Positions 9,401 through 18,409 of a DNA stretch of 64,000 nucleotides are shown piece by piece. The DNA comes from an uncultured Armatimonadetes bacterium (GTDB lineage Bacteria > Armatimonadota > Hebobacteria > Hebobacterales > Hebobacteraceae): the NCBI GenBank assembly GCA_963716175.1, contig OY970296.1:480001-544000 (forward strand), in the 5' to 3' direction. The notes below the pieces were generated by a model. It saw nothing but the letters and a program-made list of their open reading frames with translations, made no database searches and was not told the DNA's origin. The translations under genes and the position numbers were made by a program. The stretch's first letter is position 1. Each line of letters opens with the position of its first letter.

Positions 9401-10422
9401 AGCGGCGGCCCCTCATACGCTAGATAGCAGGCGCGGCAGAAGGCCGGGTTGCGGCCGGTGCGAATCTGCTCCCGCAGGCGCTGCATCGCCGAGCCGTTCC
9501 AGGCGGTGGCGAAGCTGGCGCCCGACTCCAGCGCATTGCCCAGCAGCAAGCCCTCTGGGCCCGCGGCATAAGGACACGGGGCCACGTCTCCCCGGACCGT
9601 GATCGCAGTCCTGCCCCAGGGCCAGCGGCAGGGCCTGCCCTCCGCCGGCTTCCGCGGCGGGGGAGGCGCTTCGGGACAGCGGAACTCGAGATTCGCCGCC
9701 AGGGCGAGGCGGCGGGCCTCGGGGAGCACGCGCTGTAGATCCTGGCCCAGCACGCGGCGCTCCGCCACCACGCGCTCCAGGGACTCAGACCCGAAGTTGG
9801 TGAGCTTGGCGGTGCACAGCAGGCCGTCCACTCCCCACTCCGCGCAGCGCTGAACCAGCGCCGGAATCTGTGGGGCCGATTCCCGCTGGATCACATGCCA
9901 GACCCGGATCACCGGGGACCGCCGCCGGCCTCGCTCCCGCACCAGGGCCGCGATCCCCTGGGAGATGCGCTCCAGGTCGGACCCAGGCCGCAGCCGGGCA
10001 TGAGTCTCTGGATCGGCGGCATCAACCGAGATGTTGAGATGGTTGAGGCCACAGGTGAGGAGCTGGCGACGTGTCTCCTCGCCCAGCACGCTGCCATTGG
10101 TGGTGGTGAGCACCCGCACTCGGCGGCGCCGCGCCTCCTGCACCAGGCCGAAGAAATCCGGGTTCAGCAAGGGCTCGCCCAGCCCCACCAGCTTGATCCG
10201 ATAGACGGTGGGAAGCTGGTCGAGCAGTCGGGAGAAATCGGCGAGTGAGAGGTGGGCGCGCGGGAAAGCGCCATCGGTGCTGGGGCAATGGGGACAGCGG
10301 TAGTTGCAGAAGCTGGTGGGCTCGATGTCCGCCCGCGCCGGGAGCGCGCGGCTCGCCGCCGGGCGGTGGCGGTAGGCTTGCCGCAGGCGCAGGGAGTTCA
10401 GCAAGGCGGAAGCTGGCCGCAT
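9397..10422 (-). CDS. Radical SAM protein with SPASM/twitch domain
   Basis: CNYRCPHC (CxxxCxxC), GLGEPLL, TTNG; C-terminal CRWPW..GDVAPC..CRAC. Confidence 0.9.
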   Translation of the reverse strand: MRPASALLNSLRLRQAYRHRPAASRALPARADIEPTSFCNYRCPHCPSTDGAFPRAHLSLADFSRLLDQLPTVYRIKLVGLGEPLLNPDFFGLVQEARRRRVRVLTTTNGSVLGEETRRQLLTCGLNHLNISVDAADPETHARLRPGSDLERISQGIAALVRERGRRRSPVIRVWHVIQRESAPQIPALVQRCAEWGVDGLLCTAKLTNFGSESLERVVAERRVLGQDLQRVLPEARRLALAANLEFRCPEAPPPPRKPAEGRPCRWPWGRTAITVRGDVAPCPYAAGPEGLLLGNALESGASFATAWNGSAMQRLREQIRTGRNPAFCRACYLAYEGPPL

Positions 10423-10433
10423 GCCGCGTCCCC

Positions 10434-11169
10434 TCAGAACAGCAGCGAGAAGGTGATGGGGCGAACCCGCCAGGATCCCTCTTCCTTCACCAGCCAGAGG
10501 TTCCCGCTGACGTGCTTGCGGAGAAGCCCGGCGAAGCGCAGGGTGGCATCGAAATCCACCCGGATCCCGTTCAGGGTAGTGGGCCGCCCGGCCACCTCCA
10601 GGCGGGTCATCTTCACCCAGTGGGGTGGGCGGCGAGGCACATTCCACCAGTGGAAGGTGAGTGCCTTCATCCCCCCCCAATCAGACCGCAGCCAGGCGTG
10701 CAAGAAGTCGAACGCCGCCTGCCGCACCGCGGGCTCCTGGCGCCGGTCGGCCTTCGTGGGGCTGCGGTCGGGGACCTGCGCCTCCGGAGGCAGCTCGTTG
10801 AACCAGTAGAGCTGGCGCACCTGCCAGCTCTTGCTCGCGCCCTCCTCCACGTAGCGCAGCACCATGATGCCGCGGGTCGGGAGATTGGGGTCGGTCATGG
10901 GTCCCGCGGAACTCAATCGCCCCGATCCTCCCATCCGCCCTCTGTTTGTCGAGCTGAGGCATGTGCGCGAACGGGCAGGGGCCATAGAGATTGGCCTTCT
11001 GATTGGGAAGCATGCGCTTGATCGCGTCTCGGTCGTTGCGGCTGAAGGCGAAGAGGAAATCCCGCGCCACCTGCGCCGCCTCCGGGGGCATACCCTGGGC
11101 CCTGCTCGGACTCCCCCAGGCCATCGCCAGTCCAACAGTCAGCATCACGGCCGCGATTTTGGTCTTCAT
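10434..11169 (-). CDS. Secreted hypothetical protein with two similar, possibly NTF2-like, halves (apparent frameshift near 10905)
   Basis: Signal peptide MKTKIAAVMLTVGLAMAWG in ORF 10681..11412 continues in ORF 10434..11135; repeated ARDFLFAFSRND / AFDFLHAWLRSD. Confidence 0.6.
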
Positions 11170-11483
11170 GGCTCTCCCGAAGCTGATGTTACCTGGTTTC
11201 GACGAGAAAGCCAAGCACTTGGGCCAGGAGCTGCCGATTGCGCGCAGGCAAAGAGGAAGGAGGCCGCGGCGCGAGGTATAAAGTCTACTGGTGGTTGCGG
11301 TGCCGTCGCAGTTACCAGACCGACGAGCAGCCCCCTGGCCACACCTTGCAAGGCGGCTCGACCTCGCAGGCGGTGCACCTGCTGGCAAGGCGAGCCGCAG
11401 ACGGCGGGCCACCGGGATGCAGCGCAGCCTGGCGGGCTTGCGCGCGGGCCGCAGTAGCTCTAGTAGGAGGCAAGATATCCATC

Positions 11484-12926
11484 ATGTCAGTGGTAGCGCG
11501 ACCCACGCCCCGCGCGCGGCCGCGGACCGCGGGTGAAGCCCGAGCGCGACAGATCCGGTGGTGGCACTACCTGCTCGCCGGCACCGGCCTGGTGACGCTG
11601 GGTGGAATGGCCTATGGCTTCTACGCCGCCTGGTTCGCCGTCACCCATGTCCGGACCAGCTACGCGCGGGTCAGTGGCTATGTTGTAGTTCTGTCGGCGA
11701 AATCCGACACCCGCGTCAAGCGGGTGCTGGTGCGGACGGGAGAGAAGGTCCGCGAGGGGCAAACGCTGGCCATCCTGGACAACGCCGATGTCGCCGCCCA
11801 GGCCGAGCAGGCCAAGGCCACGCTGCTGGCGCGGGAAAGCGCCCTCAACCGGGCGGAGGCCGAGCTGGATATGACCATCCGGCAGAGCGCGGCCAGCATC
11901 GAGGAGGCGGAGGCGCAGCTGGCCGCCTCCCAGGCGCGGCTCTCCCAGGCGGAGGCAGAGAAGGAGATGGCCTCCCGCACCGAGCGGGATGAAGTGAAGC
12001 GCGCCCAGGCCGAGCTGGCCGTGGCCAAAGCGCGGCTGAGGCAAGTGGAGGTGGGCCCCCGTCCCCAGGAGATCGAGCAGGAGAAGGCCGACCTGGCTTC
12101 CGCGGAGTCCCAATCGGCCAGTGCCGCGGCCACCTTGCGGCGGATGGAGAAGCTGCAGAAAGAAGGCGCGGTCTCGGAGCAGGCGCTGGACGCGGCTCGC
12201 ACGGATCTGGAGGTGGCCCAGGCCGCGGTGAACTTGCGTCGCCAGAAGTTGAGCCTGCTGCAAGCCGGCAGCCGGCCGGAGGATATCGAGGCCGCACGAC
12301 AAGCAGTGACCTCCGCCGAGGCCGCCGTGGCGCTGGCCACGGCCAAGAGCTTCGACAGCGAGATGAAGGTCCAGCAAGTGGCCACCCGGGTGGCGGAGAA
12401 GCGGCAGGCTGCGGCTGGAGTTCGGGGGGCCCAGTCCCTGCAGCGCACGGTAGCCCTCAAGGAACAGGACGTGGTGGCACAGCGAGCCGCAGTGGCCGAG
12501 GCGAAGGCCGCCCTGGAAGCGGCCAAGGCTCGTGTCTCGGACACGGAGCTGCGCAGCACGGACAACGGGGTAGTGGTGGCGGGACAGGGCCAGAGTATTC
12601 ACGAGGGCGAGTCAGTCACCAACGGACAGCCCATCGTCACCATCGTCTCCACCGCGCGGCCTTTCTGGATCAGCGCCTCCGTCTCCGAACTGCAGGTGTC
12701 CCAGGTGAAGGAAGGGCAGCCGGCGCTGATCTGGATTGACGCCTTCCGCAGGCAGGTCTTCCATGGCACGGTGTCACAAGTGGGAGGGGCCACCGAGTTC
12801 TCGGCCGCGGACACCCCGTGGGCCTTGAAGCAGGTACCACTGAGGCTCAGCTTCGACCCCGGCAAAGTGAAGGACAGTCTCAAGCCCGGCATGAGCTGTC
12901 GGGTGTGGATAGACGTGCGGCACTGA
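11484..12926 (+). CDS. HlyD/EmrA-family membrane fusion protein
   Basis: N-terminal TM, lipoyl-like halves (VLVRTGEKVREGQTL; GESVTNGQPIVTI), long coiled coil, LKPGMS; AGGAGG RBS. Confidence 0.9.
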   Translation: MSVVARPTPRARPRTAGEARARQIRWWHYLLAGTGLVTLGGMAYGFYAAWFAVTHVRTSYARVSGYVVVLSAKSDTRVKRVLVRTGEKVREGQTLAILDNADVAAQAEQAKATLLARESALNRAEAELDMTIRQSAASIEEAEAQLAASQARLSQAEAEKEMASRTERDEVKRAQAELAVAKARLRQVEVGPRPQEIEQEKADLASAESQSASAAATLRRMEKLQKEGAVSEQALDAARTDLEVAQAAVNLRRQKLSLLQAGSRPEDIEAARQAVTSAEAAVALATAKSFDSEMKVQQVATRVAEKRQAAAGVRGAQSLQRTVALKEQDVVAQRAAVAEAKAALEAAKARVSDTELRSTDNGVVVAGQGQSIHEGESVTNGQPIVTIVSTARPFWISASVSELQVSQVKEGQPALIWIDAFRRQVFHGTVSQVGGATEFSAADTPWALKQVPLRLSFDPGKVKDSLKPGMSCRVWIDVRH

Positions 12927-12963
12927 CGCGGTGGGGCGCGGGCCCAGGCCGCGCCCCCAACTG

Positions 12964-13557
12964 CTATACCTGTTGGTCCAGGATTCTCCTGCTGCGCTCG
13001 TCGAGGGCGTGCATATCCTCAATCTCGTAGCGGTTGCCATCGGCGTCCTGGAGCATGAGGCGCCCCTTTGCCAGCACCCGCAAGTCCTCCCGGTCTCGCA
13101 CATCGAAAACGCGATAGCCGCGGTCGGTCTCCACCTCCCAGCGGGAGGCGCCGTGAGCGTCCTCGATGTCGTAGATGACGGTGATCTTGGGCACGAAGTA
13201 GGCCCGGCTTAGCTCCTCGGTCAGCACCCGCCGGCTCTCGCAGTCGAGCCCCTTGGGGTTGCGCAGCAGCACCGCCTCCCGCCCTTTCTCGTCCACCAGG
13301 CTCAGGTAGTCGGCGACCTCGGAGATGGGGAAAACCGGCGCCGGCTTCAGGTCCACGTGTTCGGTCTTGCCATCCACCAACACGTGGAGCCGCCGGAACT
13401 CGTCTCGCCAGATGCGCAGCCGGCTGGCATCAACGATCTCCAGCCGCTGCAGTTCCTGGTCCCAGCTCGCGGCGCTGCCCAGGCGCTCCTGGGAGGGCCC
13501 AGTCTCGCCCGGCGCCGGCGCGCCAGTCTGCTCTGTCTGATCCTGGGGATCTTCCAC
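12964..13557 (-). CDS. DUF1854 domain protein
   Basis: FPISE..YLSL, EELSRAYFVPKITVI, WEVETDRG, DADGNRYEI..LDERSRRIL. Confidence 0.85.
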   Translation of the reverse strand: MEDPQDQTEQTGAPAPGETGPSQERLGSAASWDQELQRLEIVDASRLRIWRDEFRRLHVLVDGKTEHVDLKPAPVFPISEVADYLSLVDEKGREAVLLRNPKGLDCESRRVLTEELSRAYFVPKITVIYDIEDAHGASRWEVETDRGYRVFDVRDREDLRVLAKGRLMLQDADGNRYEIEDMHALDERSRRILDQQV

Positions 13558-13613
13558 GGGTTTCCTCGCGAGGGCGTGACCCTCGCCTCGCCGGGTACTG
13601 CTAGCTGCGGTCC

Positions 13614-15878
13614 CTACCAGGCCCGCACTCTGGACAGCTCCGACTGGAGCTTGCAGAGCCGGCTGTAGAGCCCATCGGACTCCAACAGCTCATCGTGGCT
13701 GCCGATCTCGCCGATGCGGCCATGCTCCATCACGACGATCTTTGTCGCCTTGCGCAGGGTCGAGAGCCGGTGCGCGATGGCGAACGTGGTCCGATTCGCC
13801 ACCAGGCGCTCCAACGCCTCCTGGATCAGCATCTCGGTCTCGGTGTCAACCGAGGAGGTGGCCTCGTCCAGGATGAGAATCCGCGGGTTCTTGAGAATGG
13901 CGCGGGCGATGGAGACGCGCTGGCGCTCGCCACCGGACATCAACTGCCCCCGCTCGCCGGTGAGGGTATCGTAGCCATGGGGCAGGTTGACGATGAAGTC
14001 GTGGGCGTTGGCCGCCTTGGCGGCGGCCACGATCTCCTCTGGCTTGGCCTCGGGCGCCCCGTAGGAGATGTTCTCGGCCACCGTGCCGTGGAAGAGGAAG
14101 GGCTCCTGCAGCACCACGCCGATCTGCTGGCGCAGGGAGCGCAGGGAGAGCTCCCGCACGTCATATCCGTCTATCCGGACCTCGCCCTCGTCGACATCGT
14201 AGAAGCGGCTCAGCAGTTGCACCAGGGTGCTCTTCCCGGCTCCGCTGGGACCCACCAGCCCGATCACTTCCCCCGGCTCGGCCACGAAGCTGACCTCCTG
14301 GAGTACGGGCTTGCCGGGCTCATAGCTGAAGGTGACGTTGTCGAACTCCACCCGCCCCTCGAGCCGGGGCAGGACCACCGAGCCCGGCGCCTCCGGGATC
14401 TCGGGCGCGGTATCGAGCACCTCGAACACGCGCTCCGCGGCGGTGAGGGCGTGCTGCACCCGGTGGTTCATCTCGCCCAGCATCTGCACCGGCATGTAGA
14501 ACTGCCACATGAGCTGGGTGAACATGACCAGGGTGCCCACCGTGGTCAGGCCCAGCACCGCCTGGTAGCCGCCATAGCCGTAGACCACGAGCGAGCCCAC
14601 GGAGGTGATAAGGCCGATGGCCGGGAAGAAAAACGTCCACAGCTTGGCCGCATTCAGCTCCTGGGTGAACAGCGCGCCGCTGCGATCCCGGAATCGCTTC
14701 GACTCCCGGTGCTCCTGAGCGAAGGACTTGACCACTCTGATCCCCGGGATGGAATCGGCCAGCACCGCGCTCAGGCCCGCCCACCGTCGCCACACCTTCT
14801 GGTAGACCTGGTGGATCAGGCGGCCAAACCAGTAAGTGCCGATGGCGATGAAGGGGGTGGGCAAGAGGGTAAGCGCGGCCAGCGCGGGGTTGGCCGCGAA
14901 CAGCATCACGCAGATCACGGGGATGGTCAGCAGGTTGATGATGATCTGCTGCAGGCCATCGGCGATGAAGTACTGCAAGCGCATGATGTCGTTGGTGACG
15001 CGGGACATGATCTGGCCGGTCTGCTTCCGGCTGAAGAACCCGAGCGAGAGCATCTGCAGGTGGTCGTAAAGCTCGGTTCGCATGTCCAGCACCACCCGCG
15101 CCCCCAGCCACTCCATCATGTAGCCGCGGGCCATGCTCACCACGGTCCGCACCAGGTAGATCAAGAGCAGCCAGGTCACCACCAGGGAGAGCCCCGGCAG
15201 GTACTTGGGCCTGAGCACGCCGTCGAAGAGATAGCGGGTGACGTAGGCCGGCAGCAGGTTCAGCACAGTCAGGACGATGCTCAGGAGGAAGCCCACGATC
15301 GCCACCGTGTGGTAGGGCCGCAGGTAGCCGATGAGGCGCGCGAGCAGTTGCCCTCGCTTCATGCAGAAAGGGCAGACCTCAGACCAGCGAGGCAGCGCCC
15401 GCCCGCAGGTGGGGCAGCGGACGCTGCGCTGCGGGCCGTGTCCCTTGCGGCCGCCCTCTTCCTGTTTCTCGTCCTCCGAAGAGAGGCGGCGCAGGATGTA
15501 GTAGGCGCGCGACATCTGCGGAGCCACAGAGCGGCTGAACCGCAGCAGCTCCACCGACTCCGAGCCCGTGACCGCCTCCAGCGAGCCGCTGCCGATGAAA
15601 TCGCGCAGGCGGAAGCGGCGGACATCGGACAGAGGCAAGTCTACCTCCACCCGGGCCGCGCCGTTCTCGGGCGCCAGAGTCGCCAGCCGCCGGTCAGTGA
15701 CCAGCAGCCACCGGTCGCCGTACTCCCCCTCAGGCGTGATGTCGCTGCGGAGGCTGATCAGGCGCCGCTCGTCCTCCTGCATCAGGCGAGCGACCTCCGC
15801 CTCCACGGCCGCAGGCAGCTCCTGCTGGAGCTCGGCGTCGAGCAGCTTATCTATCTGTTGGCGTTGGGCTTCTGTCAT
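13614..15878 (-). CDS. ABC transporter fused permease/ATPase with extended N-terminus and zinc ribbon (DUF1854-associated type)
   Basis: GPSGAGKS, MSGGERQR, ILILDEATS, IAHRLST; TM domain; CPTCG..CPFC precedes the TMD. Confidence 0.93.
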   Translation of the reverse strand: MTEAQRQQIDKLLDAELQQELPAAVEAEVARLMQEDERRLISLRSDITPEGEYGDRWLLVTDRRLATLAPENGAARVEVDLPLSDVRRFRLRDFIGSGSLEAVTGSESVELLRFSRSVAPQMSRAYYILRRLSSEDEKQEEGGRKGHGPQRSVRCPTCGRALPRWSEVCPFCMKRGQLLARLIGYLRPYHTVAIVGFLLSIVLTVLNLLPAYVTRYLFDGVLRPKYLPGLSLVVTWLLLIYLVRTVVSMARGYMMEWLGARVVLDMRTELYDHLQMLSLGFFSRKQTGQIMSRVTNDIMRLQYFIADGLQQIIINLLTIPVICVMLFAANPALAALTLLPTPFIAIGTYWFGRLIHQVYQKVWRRWAGLSAVLADSIPGIRVVKSFAQEHRESKRFRDRSGALFTQELNAAKLWTFFFPAIGLITSVGSLVVYGYGGYQAVLGLTTVGTLVMFTQLMWQFYMPVQMLGEMNHRVQHALTAAERVFEVLDTAPEIPEAPGSVVLPRLEGRVEFDNVTFSYEPGKPVLQEVSFVAEPGEVIGLVGPSGAGKSTLVQLLSRFYDVDEGEVRIDGYDVRELSLRSLRQQIGVVLQEPFLFHGTVAENISYGAPEAKPEEIVAAAKAANAHDFIVNLPHGYDTLTGERGQLMSGGERQRVSIARAILKNPRILILDEATSSVDTETEMLIQEALERLVANRTTFAIAHRLSTLRKATKIVVMEHGRIGEIGSHDELLESDGLYSRLCKLQSELSRVRAW

Positions 15879-16026
15879 CGTGCTCTTCCCGCGCGCACGC
15901 CGGCTTGGCCACAGGCCGGGCCGGCGCACCTCATCATGCCCTAATTTCCACGAGAATGCAAGTTCTTCCCTCCTTGCTCCGTTGGATATGGGCGGCCACA
16001 TATACCGCGGACACAGCCAAAAAACT

Positions 16027-16056
16027 TGTGCGCGAATGCCAGGGATGTGGTATCCT
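16027..16056 (+). promoter_or_regulatory. Putative sigma70 promoter for the microprotein gene
   Basis: TTGTGC-N18-TATCCT with a TG extended -10. Confidence 0.45.
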
Positions 16057-16128
16057 CACACGGAAATGCAGTCTGGAATCGCGGTGGTCCCGCGGACGTT
16101 AACTCCCTCTTGAAAGGGGGTGGCACGG

Positions 16129-16188
16129 GTGAGCTGTGGAAGCTGTGGGAAGAAGGCGGCCCCGAAGAAGACCAAGAAGAAGAAGTAG
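16129..16188 (+). CDS. 19-aa Cys/Lys-rich microprotein MSCGSCGKKAAPKKTKKKK
   Basis: SD AAAGGGGGTG 6 nt before GTG; all Lys codons are AAG; TAG at 16186-16188; flanking promoter and terminator; too short for the ORF track. Confidence 0.7.
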   Translation: MSCGSCGKKAAPKKTKKKK

Positions 16189-16228
16189 GCCGCAGCAGTA
16201 GCGCCCGCCACGCGCGGGAACTGAACCG

Positions 16229-16265
16229 AGGCCGGCCTCCCAAGCAGGAGGCCGGCCTTCGCTTT
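16229..16265 (+). terminator. Rho-independent terminator-like hairpin between convergent genes
   Basis: 12-bp stem AGGCCGGCCTCC/GGAGGCCGGCCT with loop CAAGCA, followed by TCGCTTT. Confidence 0.65.
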
Positions 16266-16296
16266 CCGCTCACATGTTCAAGCAGCCGACCGGTGA

Positions 16297-18288
16297 TTAG
16301 CTGGGCGGCTGATGGATGCCGAAGATGGCCGAGAGCAGGGCCAGGCCAGCGTCGGTGAGATAATCCCCCAGCACCAGGCCCAGGAAGGCCGGGCGGAAGG
16401 CCCGGTACAACCTGAGCCCGCCGTAGCGCCGGATCAGAGTCGTCAGCGCCCAGGCGATGAACACATTCACCCACATGGAGCGGTTGGTCTCATAAGAGCT
16501 GGCGATGAGAAAGCCCACCGGGCTCAGGGGCCACCACACGAAACTGCTGTGGAGCCACACCAGCAGCACGGTGAAGGCTCCCCCTAGCACCAGGGCGACG
16601 CGAAGCCAGTTGTCCGGCGCCTCCGGAGCGCGCAGGCTGGAGTCCAACTCCCCGAAAGCCCAGTGCGGGTAGCTGTAGAAGGGCCAGCTCTCGAGGCTGG
16701 TGGCACCGTGCTGGTAGAGCACGTAGATCAAGGCCGGGATGCCAAACCCCACCATCGCGACCAGCGCCAGCGCCGCAGCCCACGGCCAGGCGCGGCCCCG
16801 CAGCCGGCCGGCCTGGAGCAGCTTGAAGCTGTCCATGATCTGGGGCATGGCCAGGTTCATGGGGTCATACATGTAGATGACAGAAAGATAGGAGTACAGG
16901 GTGAGCGAAGGCGCGCCTATGGGCACCGCGCCCACCGTCCGCATCATCACCATCCGGGGGAAGAAGCCAGTGTCCACGTACATCACTCCCCCGGCCGCCA
17001 CCAGCCGCGAGGCCCCCACCAGCACCGCGTAGAACATCCCTATCAGTCCCGCAAACGCCCACCAGGACATGCCCGCCTTCACCGCCCACCAGACCATGAA
17101 GCCGTTGGCCAGCAAGAACCCCATCACCGCCCAGCGGCCCGCCAGCGGCCCGTACGGGTCCGCCTCCTTGGGCCCCCGCCCCACCAGTCCCAGCAAGCCT
17201 GACGCGATGGCCTTGCGGGACTGATAGAGGAGCACCGCGGTGAGGGCGATGAAACCCCCCGCTTCCTCGAAGCCGACAAAGACGCGGGGGTTGATCGCCA
17301 CCGCCGCCGTGCCTCCCTCCTCCGCCACCCCGAACGCGCCCCACACCAGCAGCTGCAGCCGGAAGAAGGCATAGAAGAACCAGAGGCTGAGGGACACTTC
17401 TGCCGGAAGCAAGCAGGTGATACCGATGATGGGGAAGATGATGGAGAACGACATGTCGGAGAGCACGTTCCAGGGCAGGCTCATACCGGAGAAGTAGCGC
17501 CCTATCCGCAGATCCCAGAGCGCAGGGGACGGGATGCTGGGGAAGATGCGGTGGAACCAGCCCAGCAGCGAGAGAGTGGCGGGAAGGGCGAATCCCAGCC
17601 AGAAGATGCGGTTGCTGAGCAAGCTGCCACGAAGGGTGGGGCGGGGTTCACTGCCGGTGATGGAGAGAGGCACGTCCACCAGGGGAAAGGCCAGCCGCTG
17701 GCGCTCGATCCAGTCTCTACTCAGCAGCGCACCCAGACAGAAAATGCCGGCCATCAGGGCCAGGGTGAAGGCCGACCAGGCCACCATCGGTGCCGCCCAG
17801 GCGGCCCAGGGCAGAGGGAGGCCCTGGGGCAGACCTTCCCAGAACCAGTCGTTCGCCTGGAGCGGCTCGAGCCTCAGCCACAGCGGCACGTTGGGCCAGA
17901 TCGAGTGCTGCCAGTTATTCTCTGGCCGGGCCATGTAGAAGGGAAAAGTGGTGGCCGAGACCAGGTAAGGCAGCCCGCCCTGCATCGCCAGCCCCACGGA
18001 GATGATCAGCATGCCATAGGCCACCAGCAGCTCGCCGCGAGTGAAGGCGCGGCCCGGCCAGAACCGGAGCAGGGCCCCGTTTAGCAGCACCAGCACGAAT
18101 AGAACCACCACCGGGCTGCTCAGCAGGGAACCGGAGCCTACCGACCAGGTGCGGCTGACGAAGGCGAGATAGGGGTTGATGGAGGCGAGGAGAGCGACGC
18201 TGAGAGCTCCGAGCAACACCGCCCGCGGGGTAATGGGGTTGACAGTCCGATCCTGGGCCTCGAGCTGTGCCGGATTGCCGCGTTCCAC
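16297..18288 (-). CDS. DUF6785/DUF6784 family polytopic membrane protein (putative peptide transporter)
   Basis: 663 aa with many TMs; FTRGELLVAY, WIERQRLAFPL, WWPLSPVGF, RYGGLRLYRAFRPAFLGLVLGD. Confidence 0.8.
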   Translation of the reverse strand: MERGNPAQLEAQDRTVNPITPRAVLLGALSVALLASINPYLAFVSRTWSVGSGSLLSSPVVVLFVLVLLNGALLRFWPGRAFTRGELLVAYGMLIISVGLAMQGGLPYLVSATTFPFYMARPENNWQHSIWPNVPLWLRLEPLQANDWFWEGLPQGLPLPWAAWAAPMVAWSAFTLALMAGIFCLGALLSRDWIERQRLAFPLVDVPLSITGSEPRPTLRGSLLSNRIFWLGFALPATLSLLGWFHRIFPSIPSPALWDLRIGRYFSGMSLPWNVLSDMSFSIIFPIIGITCLLPAEVSLSLWFFYAFFRLQLLVWGAFGVAEEGGTAAVAINPRVFVGFEEAGGFIALTAVLLYQSRKAIASGLLGLVGRGPKEADPYGPLAGRWAVMGFLLANGFMVWWAVKAGMSWWAFAGLIGMFYAVLVGASRLVAAGGVMYVDTGFFPRMVMMRTVGAVPIGAPSLTLYSYLSVIYMYDPMNLAMPQIMDSFKLLQAGRLRGRAWPWAAALALVAMVGFGIPALIYVLYQHGATSLESWPFYSYPHWAFGELDSSLRAPEAPDNWLRVALVLGGAFTVLLVWLHSSFVWWPLSPVGFLIASSYETNRSMWVNVFIAWALTTLIRRYGGLRLYRAFRPAFLGLVLGDYLTDAGLALLSAIFGIHQPPS

Positions 18289-18409
18289 CTGCTCTCCTGC
18301 CGCGCTCTATTCTCCGGTGCTTCCGCCGGGTCCTGTTGCGGAGGAGTTGGCTGCGCAGCGGCGAACGGAGGCCGCCACCGTTGCTCGCGAAGCCCCCGGG
18401 GAGGACGAC

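Noticed and set aside
13695-15944. 749-aa plus-strand ORF, and similar long antisense ORFs (2311-3063, 6704-7771, 49553-50893, 62595-63998)
   Set aside because: These are shadow ORFs opposite well-supported genes, expected in high-GC DNA, with no recognisable motifs.
16026-16358. 110-aa acidic ORF (EEGGPEEDQEEE) in the ORF track
   Set aside because: It is an alternative frame of the AAG-rich microprotein gene, lacks an RBS, and runs through the terminator into the convergent gene.
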